IMG/VR virus record: IMGVR_UViG_3300020042_006565
Coordinates: 1 to 55,161 of that record
DNA from: a virus
Taxonomy: Duplodnaviria; Caudoviricetes
Length of the DNA stretch: 55,161 bases
Strand: one strand, 5' to 3'
Shown here one piece after another: positions 44,442 to 52,315 of the stretch (position 1 is its first letter; each line of letters starts with the position of its first letter). The notes under the pieces are model-generated. The model saw only the letters and a list, made by a program, of their open reading frames with translations, was not told the origin of the DNA and searched no databases. A program made the translations under genes and the position numbers.

Positions 44442-46018
44442 TGTTCGTCTACCAAGAAAAGAAAGCGCTGGTCGTCAAGTCGCGCAACCCCGGCGCACTG
44501 CTCACGCTCATCCCTAGCGCTCGCTCACTGACCGTGGGTGGTCAGCAGTACGTGGCGGTGCCCCACCGACTCGACGAGACCCGCGTGCTGTCTAACCTCG
44601 GGATGCGACCACCCTCCCCGATCCGGTATCACTACGCGTGGTCCGGCAGCTACACGCCATTCAAAGCGCAGATGGACACCGCAGAGTTCCTGACCCTGCA
44701 CCCACGCAGTTTTGTACTTAATGAGATGGGAACTGGCAAGACGCTCGCTGCGCTGTGGGCGTTCGACTACCTGCGCAAGCTGGGTGTGCTCAACAAGATG
44801 CTCGTGGTGTGCCCGCTGTCGACGATGGAGCGAACCTGGGCCGACGAGGTGTTTCGACACTTCAGCCATCTGGACTACGCGGTGCTACACGGCAGCAGAA
44901 GCAAGCGCACCAAGCTGCTGGCCCGACCCGCAGACGTATACGTCATCAACCACGACGGACTGAAGATCATTCAGGACGAGTTGAGATCGCGCCCCGACAT
45001 CGACATCGTGATCGTGGATGAGTGTGGTCAAGCTGCACGTAACGGTTCTACGGATCGCTGGCAGTCGCTCAACCAGATCATCAACAAGCAGATAGACGCC
45101 AAGCGCTGGGCCTGGGGCATGACTGGCACGCCAACTCCGAACAACCCAACCGACGCATGGGCGCAGTGCAAGCTCATCAACCCAGGGTCCGTGCCGAACT
45201 ACATGAACAAGTTCCGGGACATGGTCATGAAGCAGGTCAACAACTTCCTGTGGATGCCTAGGGAGAACGCAACTGAGATCGTGCATAGCGTGATGCAGCC
45301 GTCGATCCGGTTCAGCCGAGCTGAGTGCGTGGACCTGCCACCGTGCGTGTTCCAGACCCGACACGTCGAGCTGACCGACCAGCAGCGCGTGGCATACAAA
45401 GCCATGCTCAACAAGCTGTCGGCTGAGCTGGAGGGCGGCGAGATCCTTGCGGTCAACGAAGCTGTGAAGACATCGAAGCTGGTGCAGATCGCATGCGGCG
45501 TGGCGTATGACGTTCAGGGTAACGAGGTCACTGTGGACGCATCGAGCCGACTGTCGGTGGTTGACGAGATCATCGGCGAGGCCGAGGGCAAGGTGATTGT
45601 GTTCGTGCCGTTCGTCAGCGCAGTTCGCCACGTCAGTAACTACCTGCGCAAACAGGGCATGCACGTGGAGTGCATCTACGGAGAGGTGAGCAAAACAGAA
45701 CGCGACCGGATCTTCGGGGCGTTTCAGAGCGACGAGATAACCCGAGTCATCGTGGCCCAACCCGCTGCCATGTCGCACGGACTGACGCTGACCAAGGCAA
45801 ACACGATCATCTGGTACGCGCCGATATTTTCAAACGATACGTACGACCAAGCCTGCGCACGTATCACGCGTCCTGGTCAGAAGCTCAACCAGCTCATCGT
45901 CAATATAGAAGGCAGCCCCGTGGAACGGAGAATGTACGAACGACTGAAGAACAAACAGAAGATGCAAGGGCTATTGCTAAGCATGGTTGAAGATGATAGA
46001 GTAGAAAAAGTCCATTGA
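44441..46018 (+). CDS. SNF2-family helicase
   Basis: EMGTGKT, VDEC, MTGTP, HGLTL and QA.ARI.RPGQ. Confidence 0.9.
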   Translation: MFVYQEKKALVVKSRNPGALLTLIPSARSLTVGGQQYVAVPHRLDETRVLSNLGMRPPSPIRYHYAWSGSYTPFKAQMDTAEFLTLHPRSFVLNEMGTGKTLAALWAFDYLRKLGVLNKMLVVCPLSTMERTWADEVFRHFSHLDYAVLHGSRSKRTKLLARPADVYVINHDGLKIIQDELRSRPDIDIVIVDECGQAARNGSTDRWQSLNQIINKQIDAKRWAWGMTGTPTPNNPTDAWAQCKLINPGSVPNYMNKFRDMVMKQVNNFLWMPRENATEIVHSVMQPSIRFSRAECVDLPPCVFQTRHVELTDQQRVAYKAMLNKLSAELEGGEILAVNEAVKTSKLVQIACGVAYDVQGNEVTVDASSRLSVVDEIIGEAEGKVIVFVPFVSAVRHVSNYLRKQGMHVECIYGEVSKTERDRIFGAFQSDEITRVIVAQPAAMSHGLTLTKANTIIWYAPIFSNDTYDQACARITRPGQKLNQLIVNIEGSPVERRMYERLKNKQKMQGLLLSMVEDDRVEKVH

Positions 46019-46042
46019 TTTTTCTCAAGGAGCAATCATCTT

Positions 46043-46318
46043 ATGAACGTGCTTACAGCTAAGCAGGTAGCAGACAAGCTGCAAGTCAATGTCAGCTACA
46101 TCTGGAGACTTTCGGAGAAAGACCCAACCTTCCCCAAGGCCATCCACTTGGGAGATCCAGAAGGTCCGACACGAGGACGCGTCACTCGTTGGGTCGAAGA
46201 AGACGTCAATCATTGGCTTACACGTAAACTACAAGAGGTACAAAATGACCATGAAAATGGACGATCTGGTGGAGACCTACATCAAGATTCGAGAGAAGAA
46301 GTCGAAGCTCAAAGCTGA
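46043..46318 (+). CDS. AlpA-like wHTH regulator
   Basis: LTAKQVA..L.V..SYIWR...DPTFPK.I.LG...RW...DV..W. AAGGAG RBS. Confidence 0.75.
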   Translation: MNVLTAKQVADKLQVNVSYIWRLSEKDPTFPKAIHLGDPEGPTRGRVTRWVEEDVNHWLTRKLQEVQNDHENGRSGGDLHQDSREEVEAQS

Positions 46319-46634
46319 GTACGACGAGAAGGTCAGCAAGTTCGACCATGCGCAAGACATGATCGAGGGACTGCTCTTGCAGCGGTTCGGCGAGCTGGGT
46401 GTGGATTCGGTCAAGACCGCTTCCGGTACGGCATACACGTCAGTAAGATGCTCAGCATCGCTGGCTGACTGGGACGTGTTCCGTGAGTTCCTGACGCAGC
46501 AAGAAGACCCCTTCATGTACGTCGAGCGCCGCGTGAGCAAGGCCGCTGTCGAGCAGTACAAAGCTGCGAACGAAGACCTGCCCCCAGGTGTGAACTGGAG
46601 CGAGATGCGCACCGTTAACTTCCGCCGCTCTTAA
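46245..46634 (+). CDS. conserved phage replication-region protein
   Basis: GAGG RBS before ATG 46245. DSVKT..GT.Y, DW..F and LPPGV. Confidence 0.7.
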   Translation: MTMKMDDLVETYIKIREKKSKLKAEYDEKVSKFDHAQDMIEGLLLQRFGELGVDSVKTASGTAYTSVRCSASLADWDVFREFLTQQEDPFMYVERRVSKAAVEQYKAANEDLPPGVNWSEMRTVNFRRS

Positions 46635-46659
46635 TTAGATAACAACCAAGTACACAAGC

Positions 46660-47646
46660 ATGAACATCATTCCATTTGACTCAGGCAAGATCGCGCCAGC
46701 TATCACCTCGATGTTTGGCGACACCGCCAACGACCTTGTTGGTAACTCCGCAGGTGGCGGCTTCCCCGTCATCAGCATCAAGGGCAAGGTCTTCCACATC
46801 CAGCGTGCCGATGAGCGCGTTCTGGTGACCAAGCCGGGCGAAGACGATCCTGCATCGTCTATCGAAGTGGTCATCGTTCGGGCCAACCCCAACCGCTCGA
46901 AGGTGTTCTACGCCACGGGCTACCAAGAGGGCGAGGCGCTCAAGCCGACCTGCTACAGCAACAACGGCGTCGAGCCAGAGGCCGATGCGCAGGAGCCGCA
47001 AGCCAAGAAGTGCGCCGTGTGCGCACACAACCAGTGGGGTAGCCGCGTCACCGACAACGGCAGCAAGGGCAAGGCATGCTCTGACTCACGGCGTCTGGCC
47101 GTCGCTACGCTCGACGCGCCAGCAGATCCGATGCTGCTGCGTGTTCCGGCTGCGTCGATGCGAGCACTCGAAGAGTTCGGCAAGCAGCTGGCCGCTCGTG
47201 GTGTTCCCGCTCAAGCTGTGGTGACGAAGATCGGTTTCGACTACAGCGTGGCCCACCCTGCCCTGAGCTTCAAGCCGGTCGGCCTGATCGGTGACGCGAA
47301 CCTGCTGGCAGAGATCAAGGCAGTGGGCCAGGGCGAGATCGCCAGCCAGATCATCGGCATCAAGCCAGCGAGCGAATTCAACGCCATAGAGCACGCAGCA
47401 GAAGAACCGCTGCCCGTGATCGCTGCGCCAGTGAAAGCCCCCGTAGCGGAACCGAAGCCCGCACCAGCCAAGGTTGCGAAAGCAGCCAAGGCCGAGTCTG
47501 CCCTCGACGCAGCCAGCCAGATCGGAGACAGCCAGCCCAAGGCCACTGTGAAGGTCGAGACCCCTGCTCCTGCTGCCAAGCCAGCCGCACCTTCTATCGA
47601 AGAAAGCATCGAGGGCATGCTCGACTCGCTGGACTTCGACGACTAG
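46660..47646 (+). CDS. putative ssDNA-binding protein
   Basis: Cys cluster (C.S.NG, CAVC, GKAC), Pro/Ala/Lys-rich linker and acidic-aromatic tail LDSLDFDD. Confidence 0.6.
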   Translation: MNIIPFDSGKIAPAITSMFGDTANDLVGNSAGGGFPVISIKGKVFHIQRADERVLVTKPGEDDPASSIEVVIVRANPNRSKVFYATGYQEGEALKPTCYSNNGVEPEADAQEPQAKKCAVCAHNQWGSRVTDNGSKGKACSDSRRLAVATLDAPADPMLLRVPAASMRALEEFGKQLAARGVPAQAVVTKIGFDYSVAHPALSFKPVGLIGDANLLAEIKAVGQGEIASQIIGIKPASEFNAIEHAAEEPLPVIAAPVKAPVAEPKPAPAKVAKAAKAESALDAASQIGDSQPKATVKVETPAPAAKPAAPSIEESIEGMLDSLDFDD

Positions 47647-47722
47647 ACCCCCCAGAGCGGACGGTGCAACGCCGTCGCCGGAACCGTAACCGGCATCTTG
47701 CTTACTACAACGCACAAAAGGA

Positions 47723-47752
47723 TTGACTCCGGTACTCACTTACCGGTAAGTT
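47723..47752 (+). promoter_or_regulatory. promoter-like TTGACT-N18-TAAGTT overlapped by palindrome ACTTACCGGTAAGT (47738-47751)
   Basis: Directly upstream of the primase RBS. Confidence 0.45.
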
Positions 47753-47773
47753 CGTCGTCTCTGGGGAGGGACA

Positions 47774-48778
47774 ATGGAATCAACGAGCTTCTACAGAAGC
47801 ATCTATCCGACCGACTTCGGCGTTCGCGTGCTGGCGGTTCTGGACAAGGGCGCACCACCGCGCCACTACTTCTTTGAGACAGACGAAGACCTGATCGCCG
47901 CAGCGGCTGCGTATGACCGGCCAGGACGCGACGTCTATCACGCGTGCGCTGTCTACACCGAGCCGACCAACCGCAAAGGCGAGAACGCCAAGGCAGCGAA
48001 GTCGCTGTGGGTGGACCTGGACGTCGGACCCAACAAGCCCTACGGCACGGCCAAGGCAGCTGCTGAACATCTGGAAGCGTTCCGCGTAGAGGCAGGTCTA
48101 CAGCCACCGCACCTCGTGAAGTCAGGCAGCGGCATCCACGCTTACTTTCCGTTCGACAAGGCGATCAATCCAGATCAGTGGCGGCGACTTGCCTCCGCGA
48201 TGGCCACATGCATGGACCACTACGGCGTGGCGTACGACCCGAGCCGCGCCACCGACATTGCGTCCATCCTGCGCATACCGGATGCGCATAACTACAAGAC
48301 AGACCCGCCCAAGCAAGTCAAGCTGCTGCGCCTGGGTGAGAGCGAACCCGCTGGCACGATCTGGAAACGGCTCAAGGACTACGCCGAGCTGAACGACCTG
48401 CTGCTGGACGCCCTACCCGCCAAGGCCATCGTCAGGCAACCGGTCGAGCGCAATGAGCTGATGGGCAACGTGACCCATGCGCCGTCTTACGGAGAAATCA
48501 TCGCGCAGCACTGCGCTGTGATCGGTGAGGTTGCAGAGACTGGCGGCGACGTGGGTTACGAGATCTGGTGGCGTGCTCTGGGCATCGCCAAGCACACCGT
48601 CGCGCCAGAGGAAACAGCCGCGCACTGGACACGCAACCGCGAGCAGACAGGCCACGACCAGAGCGACTGGCAGACCGTGATGGCAGCGTGGGCCGTGGGT
48701 CCGACCACCTGCGCAGAGTTCAGCAAGCACAGCGATAAGTGCCGCGAGTGCTCCCACTTTGAGAAGGCGATGGCATGA
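47774..48778 (+). CDS. primase (AEP/RepB-like)
   Basis: LWVDLD, SGSGIHAY, D...ILRIP...NYK and a C-terminal Cys cluster. Confidence 0.85.
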   Translation: MESTSFYRSIYPTDFGVRVLAVLDKGAPPRHYFFETDEDLIAAAAAYDRPGRDVYHACAVYTEPTNRKGENAKAAKSLWVDLDVGPNKPYGTAKAAAEHLEAFRVEAGLQPPHLVKSGSGIHAYFPFDKAINPDQWRRLASAMATCMDHYGVAYDPSRATDIASILRIPDAHNYKTDPPKQVKLLRLGESEPAGTIWKRLKDYAELNDLLLDALPAKAIVRQPVERNELMGNVTHAPSYGEIIAQHCAVIGEVAETGGDVGYEIWWRALGIAKHTVAPEETAAHWTRNREQTGHDQSDWQTVMAAWAVGPTTCAEFSKHSDKCRECSHFEKAMA

Positions 48779-50790
48779 GCTTTTCACCCATCCTGCTGGG
48801 CGTCCCAGAGCTGCCCGTAGTACAGCCGCTGTCAGTCATACCCGCGCAGGGCGCTCCTGCACCCGTAGGCCCTCCCGGTCCGTGGGAGTTTGCAGAGAGC
48901 TGGATCACTGACACCCTGAACAAGAAGTTCAAGGTCGGTATTGCTGGCGATGCCATGACGATGAGCGTGCGGCAAGACGATGGCAGCTTTAAGCACGAGC
49001 CGCTGACGCAACGCTACTGGCAGGTCATGCGCCGCATCCGAACACCAGATGGGAATTGGCATTTGGACATCTGGGTCAAGACCAAAACAGGCCACGCCTC
49101 GTTCCTCCTCCCGTCAGCCGATGTCTGCCGCCCCGAGCCGCTCAAGACAGCGTTCGGTTCCAAAGAGTGCCACATACAAACAAACCAACGAGCTATGCAC
49201 AAGACACAAGAAATCTTGATGTGGGAGCAGGCCCGCCTGCACGACTACGCCATGGAAACCATCACCTACCCATCAATGGGATGGGCCACTGTCGATCACG
49301 TCAAGACTGCAGAGTTGACGGGCGAGTTTGTGATGGGCGACATGCTGTACGCCCCCAAGCAGCCACCGAGAAAGATCCTGTTGGGAGAGTCCGTCAGCGC
49401 AGACATCACGGCTGGCTTGGATACCAAGGGCACCACCAAAGAGTGGGTCGATCTCATTGACCGCATCTACAACAGGCCGGGTGCGGAGGCGTATCAGTTC
49501 TGTTTGGCTCTCTCGTTTGCGTCACCACTGGTCAAACTGGTGCCGGGGTCGGGCGGGTGGAACGGCATCCCCACTGCTATCTGCGGCACTTCTGGCGCTG
49601 CCAAGACATCGACCTGCCACGCAGCGATGAGCATCTGGGGCCACGGCAAAGCGTTGACTTTCAATGCGGGGACCAAAGAATCGCAGGGCGACACGGTGAC
49701 CGCGCTGGCCATCAAGATCGGCTCAGTCAACAACCTGCCGTGTGTGCTGGATGAGATGAGTGGTCTAGAACCCGTGCAGCTGGGCGGTCTGCTCTACATG
49801 CTGAGCAACGGCAAACCACGAGACAGATCAGACAGCAGCGGTCAGAAGCTCGTCATCAACAACCAAGTGTTTAGCAACTTGCCGCTGTTCACAGCGAACG
49901 ATGACTTCCATGAAAAGCTGCTCTTGCTGGCGGACTCCAACACGCAGGACGCCACGCGGTTGCGCTGCTTCCAGATCCCGATTCTTGAGCTGGACTTGAA
50001 GACCGTCTTCGCAGACATCGACCGAACCACCATCGACTCGGAGCTGCTGTCCATGCAGTACGGCTGCGTGGGCCGCGAGTGGATACAGCACCTCGTCAAC
50101 AACCGTGAGTCGATCCAGAAGATTCTCGGTGCGCGTCGGGCTACGTTCAAGATCGACGACAACGACCGCTCTGCGATCCGGTTCTTCAAGGACCTGTTGG
50201 TGACCGTCGAGGTCTCATCCCGCATCGCAAAGAGAAAGGGTCTCATCGACTGGGACGTTGACGCCATGATGGAGTGGGCCAAGCAGCAAGTACGCAGGCT
50301 GCGCGATGGCATCTTCGAGAAAGATTGGGACAGCACGATCTCCGACTACATCGCATCGCTGCACGGCAGAACCATCGTCACCAAATACATGAAGCTGGGC
50401 AGAGGTCGCAGGACAACTGTTGAGACGCCGCTGGAGAACCTGTCCGCATCCAACCCACCAGTGGCTCGACGCGCTATCGAAGACCGGCTGATGTTCATCA
50501 CGGTCAACTCACTGCACGACTGGTGCAAACACAACCGCGTAGCGGGCAGCGTGCTCACCGCAGAGATGCGCAAGCGTGGGTTCTTCACCAACCGAGATGG
50601 GTCCCACCCAGATGCCAAGCAGCGTGCTGCACTCATCAACCTCGGCAGCGGGACCTCAGTGACCCGAGCCCAAGCGCAGTGTTTCGAGCTGGACTACGAC
50701 GTGGTGGTCAACCGCTGTGGCAGCAACCGTGGAAAAGAGACAGACGAGCCAGAAGACGGCAACGTGGTCTACCTGCAGGAGGTCGCATGA
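48775..50790 (+). CDS. DUF927-like replicative helicase/ATPase
   Basis: SMGW motif, Walker A variant GTSGAAKTS, Walker B VLDE, G..R.R and YG.VG..WI. Confidence 0.8.
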   Translation: MSFSPILLGVPELPVVQPLSVIPAQGAPAPVGPPGPWEFAESWITDTLNKKFKVGIAGDAMTMSVRQDDGSFKHEPLTQRYWQVMRRIRTPDGNWHLDIWVKTKTGHASFLLPSADVCRPEPLKTAFGSKECHIQTNQRAMHKTQEILMWEQARLHDYAMETITYPSMGWATVDHVKTAELTGEFVMGDMLYAPKQPPRKILLGESVSADITAGLDTKGTTKEWVDLIDRIYNRPGAEAYQFCLALSFASPLVKLVPGSGGWNGIPTAICGTSGAAKTSTCHAAMSIWGHGKALTFNAGTKESQGDTVTALAIKIGSVNNLPCVLDEMSGLEPVQLGGLLYMLSNGKPRDRSDSSGQKLVINNQVFSNLPLFTANDDFHEKLLLLADSNTQDATRLRCFQIPILELDLKTVFADIDRTTIDSELLSMQYGCVGREWIQHLVNNRESIQKILGARRATFKIDDNDRSAIRFFKDLLVTVEVSSRIAKRKGLIDWDVDAMMEWAKQQVRRLRDGIFEKDWDSTISDYIASLHGRTIVTKYMKLGRGRRTTVETPLENLSASNPPVARRAIEDRLMFITVNSLHDWCKHNRVAGSVLTAEMRKRGFFTNRDGSHPDAKQRAALINLGSGTSVTRAQAQCFELDYDVVVNRCGSNRGKETDEPEDGNVVYLQEVA

Positions 50791-51005
50791 GTGAAGCATC
50801 GTTCTCAATGTTTCTTTCAGACGAGGAGTTGGCCGACCTGACTGGGTACAGACAAGCCGCCAAGCAAGCACAGCAACTCAAAGCGCAGCGCATCCCCTTT
50901 CACCTGAATCGCGCTGGACGACCAAAAGTGGCTAGAGCTATCCTAGAGGGTGGTCGAGCTGCTCCTGCAGCAGAAAAATCCTGGAGTCCTTCATGGGCCG
51001 CGTGA
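50787..51005 (+). CDS. xis: excisionase (DUF4224-like)
   Basis: FLS.EEL.DLTGY.....Q...L....IPF.....GRP.V. Directly upstream of the integrase, with a GGAGG RBS. Confidence 0.75.
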   Translation: MSEASFSMFLSDEELADLTGYRQAAKQAQQLKAQRIPFHLNRAGRPKVARAILEGGRAAPAAEKSWSPSWAA

Positions 51006-52069
51006 GCACCGTAAACAGGAACTTGCCGCCGCGTATGCGTGCGCGGGTTCGCGGGCGCACGACGTACTACTTCTATGACACCGGGGGTACGCCACGGCGT
51101 GAGGTGCCGCTAGGTACCGACTACATCTTGGCAGTGCAAAAGTGGGCCGAGATGCATGAGCAAGCTCCGACCGCACGCATCACGGTTGGGTGGGCAATCG
51201 CCAAGTACCTTGGCTCGCCGCAATTTGACGAAGTCAGCTTGGGCACACAGAAAGACTATCGGTTTGCTCTAGACAAGCTGCTTGTGAAATTTGGAGAGGC
51301 ACCGCTCGATCAAGTACGCCCGTCTCATGTGACGCTCTACCTTGACGTTCGCAGCAAGGAGTCCAGACACCGCGCACTGCGTGAGAAGACGGTGCTGTCA
51401 ATGATCTTCGGGTGGTGTATCGCACGCGACTATTGCAAGCTGAACCCAGTGTCGGCGATCAAGACCAAGCGACTGCCTGGACGGCGTGATGTCTACATCG
51501 AAGACGACATTCTTGAGGGGGTCTACGCAGCTGGTAGCGTGGCATTAAAAGATGCTATCGACCTCGCGTACTTCACTGGGCAGCGGCCTGCTGACGTACT
51601 CAAGATGGCCGAAACGGATCTACGCGACGAGTCGTTGTACGTCCGTCAGAACAAGACCGGCAAGCCACTGCGCATTGAGGTCGCTGGAGATCTGCAGCTG
51701 TTGGTTGATCGCATGCTTGAGCGCAAGCGACAGTTCGCAGTGAGACCGCTACAGCTGCTGGTTGACGAGTCTGGGCAACCGATGACCAAGGCTAAATTGC
51801 GCTCACGATTTGAGGCCGCACGAGCCCAGGTTCCGGGTGCTGAGGGCTTCCAATTCAGAGACCTTCGACGCAAGACCGCAAGCGATTTGCGGGACCAAGC
51901 AAGCATCGAAAAATCACAAGCTCTGCTGGGTCACTCAACGGTCCAAATGACCGAGCACTACGCAGCTGGAAAGGCCCAAAAAATTTCCGCAATTCCCAGG
52001 AGAGCAAGCAATGGCGCGGGTCCAGAGGCGGCTGATTGCGGAAACAAAAAGAGCCGCAAACCCGCATGA
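50993..52069 (+). CDS. int: tyrosine integrase
   Basis: TGQRPADV (R), QNKTG (K), FRDLRRK, LLGH and HY. Adjacent to a tRNA-derived att site. Confidence 0.95.
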   Translation: MGRVSTVNRNLPPRMRARVRGRTTYYFYDTGGTPRREVPLGTDYILAVQKWAEMHEQAPTARITVGWAIAKYLGSPQFDEVSLGTQKDYRFALDKLLVKFGEAPLDQVRPSHVTLYLDVRSKESRHRALREKTVLSMIFGWCIARDYCKLNPVSAIKTKRLPGRRDVYIEDDILEGVYAAGSVALKDAIDLAYFTGQRPADVLKMAETDLRDESLYVRQNKTGKPLRIEVAGDLQLLVDRMLERKRQFAVRPLQLLVDESGQPMTKAKLRSRFEAARAQVPGAEGFQFRDLRRKTASDLRDQASIEKSQALLGHSTVQMTEHYAAGKAQKISAIPRRASNGAGPEAADCGNKKSRKPA

Positions 52070-52222
52070 ATCCTCACTTCAGCGCCAGATTCAGGTACTA
52101 GCGAGTAACTTCGTGGAGGTTCGAGTCCTCTCCTGGGCACCAACGGTAGCACACGCTTATGGCGGTAGCGGCCACTAACTTACAAGAACCTGCTTTTCCG
52201 CAAAAGCATAGTTTTTCCGCAA
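51984..52222. repeat. four TTTCCGCAA copies flanking the att core (putative Int arm sites)
   Basis: Direct copies at 51984, 52195 and 52214. Inverted copy at 52036. Confidence 0.7.
52090..52142 (+). other. attP core = 3' half of tRNA-Leu(CAG)
   Basis: TT-CAG-GT anticodon loop, long variable arm, GGAGG-TTCGAGT-CCTCT T-arm and CCTGGGC-A-CCA. The 5' half is absent. Confidence 0.9.
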
Positions 52223-52227
52223 AAGAC

Positions 52228-52258
52228 AAAAAAAGACCCCCGGTGGTAGCCGAGGGTC
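52228..52258 (-). terminator. intrinsic terminator ending the late operon
   Basis: Minus strand reads GACCCTCGG-CTACCA-CCGGGGGTC followed by a T7 run. Confidence 0.75.
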
Positions 52259-52315
52259 GAAGACCGCTGCAGTTGAAAAACAGATTGGCAACTGCGCTGC
52301 AACGGAGGGACTAGC

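Noticed and set aside
51860-51895. Inactive integrase because HxxR reads RDLR
   Set aside because: Substitution at this His is tolerated in many tyrosine recombinases, and the other catalytic residues are intact.
52060-52142. Intact tRNA-Leu gene
   Set aside because: The 5' acceptor strand, D-arm and 5' anticodon strand are missing. It is an att core.
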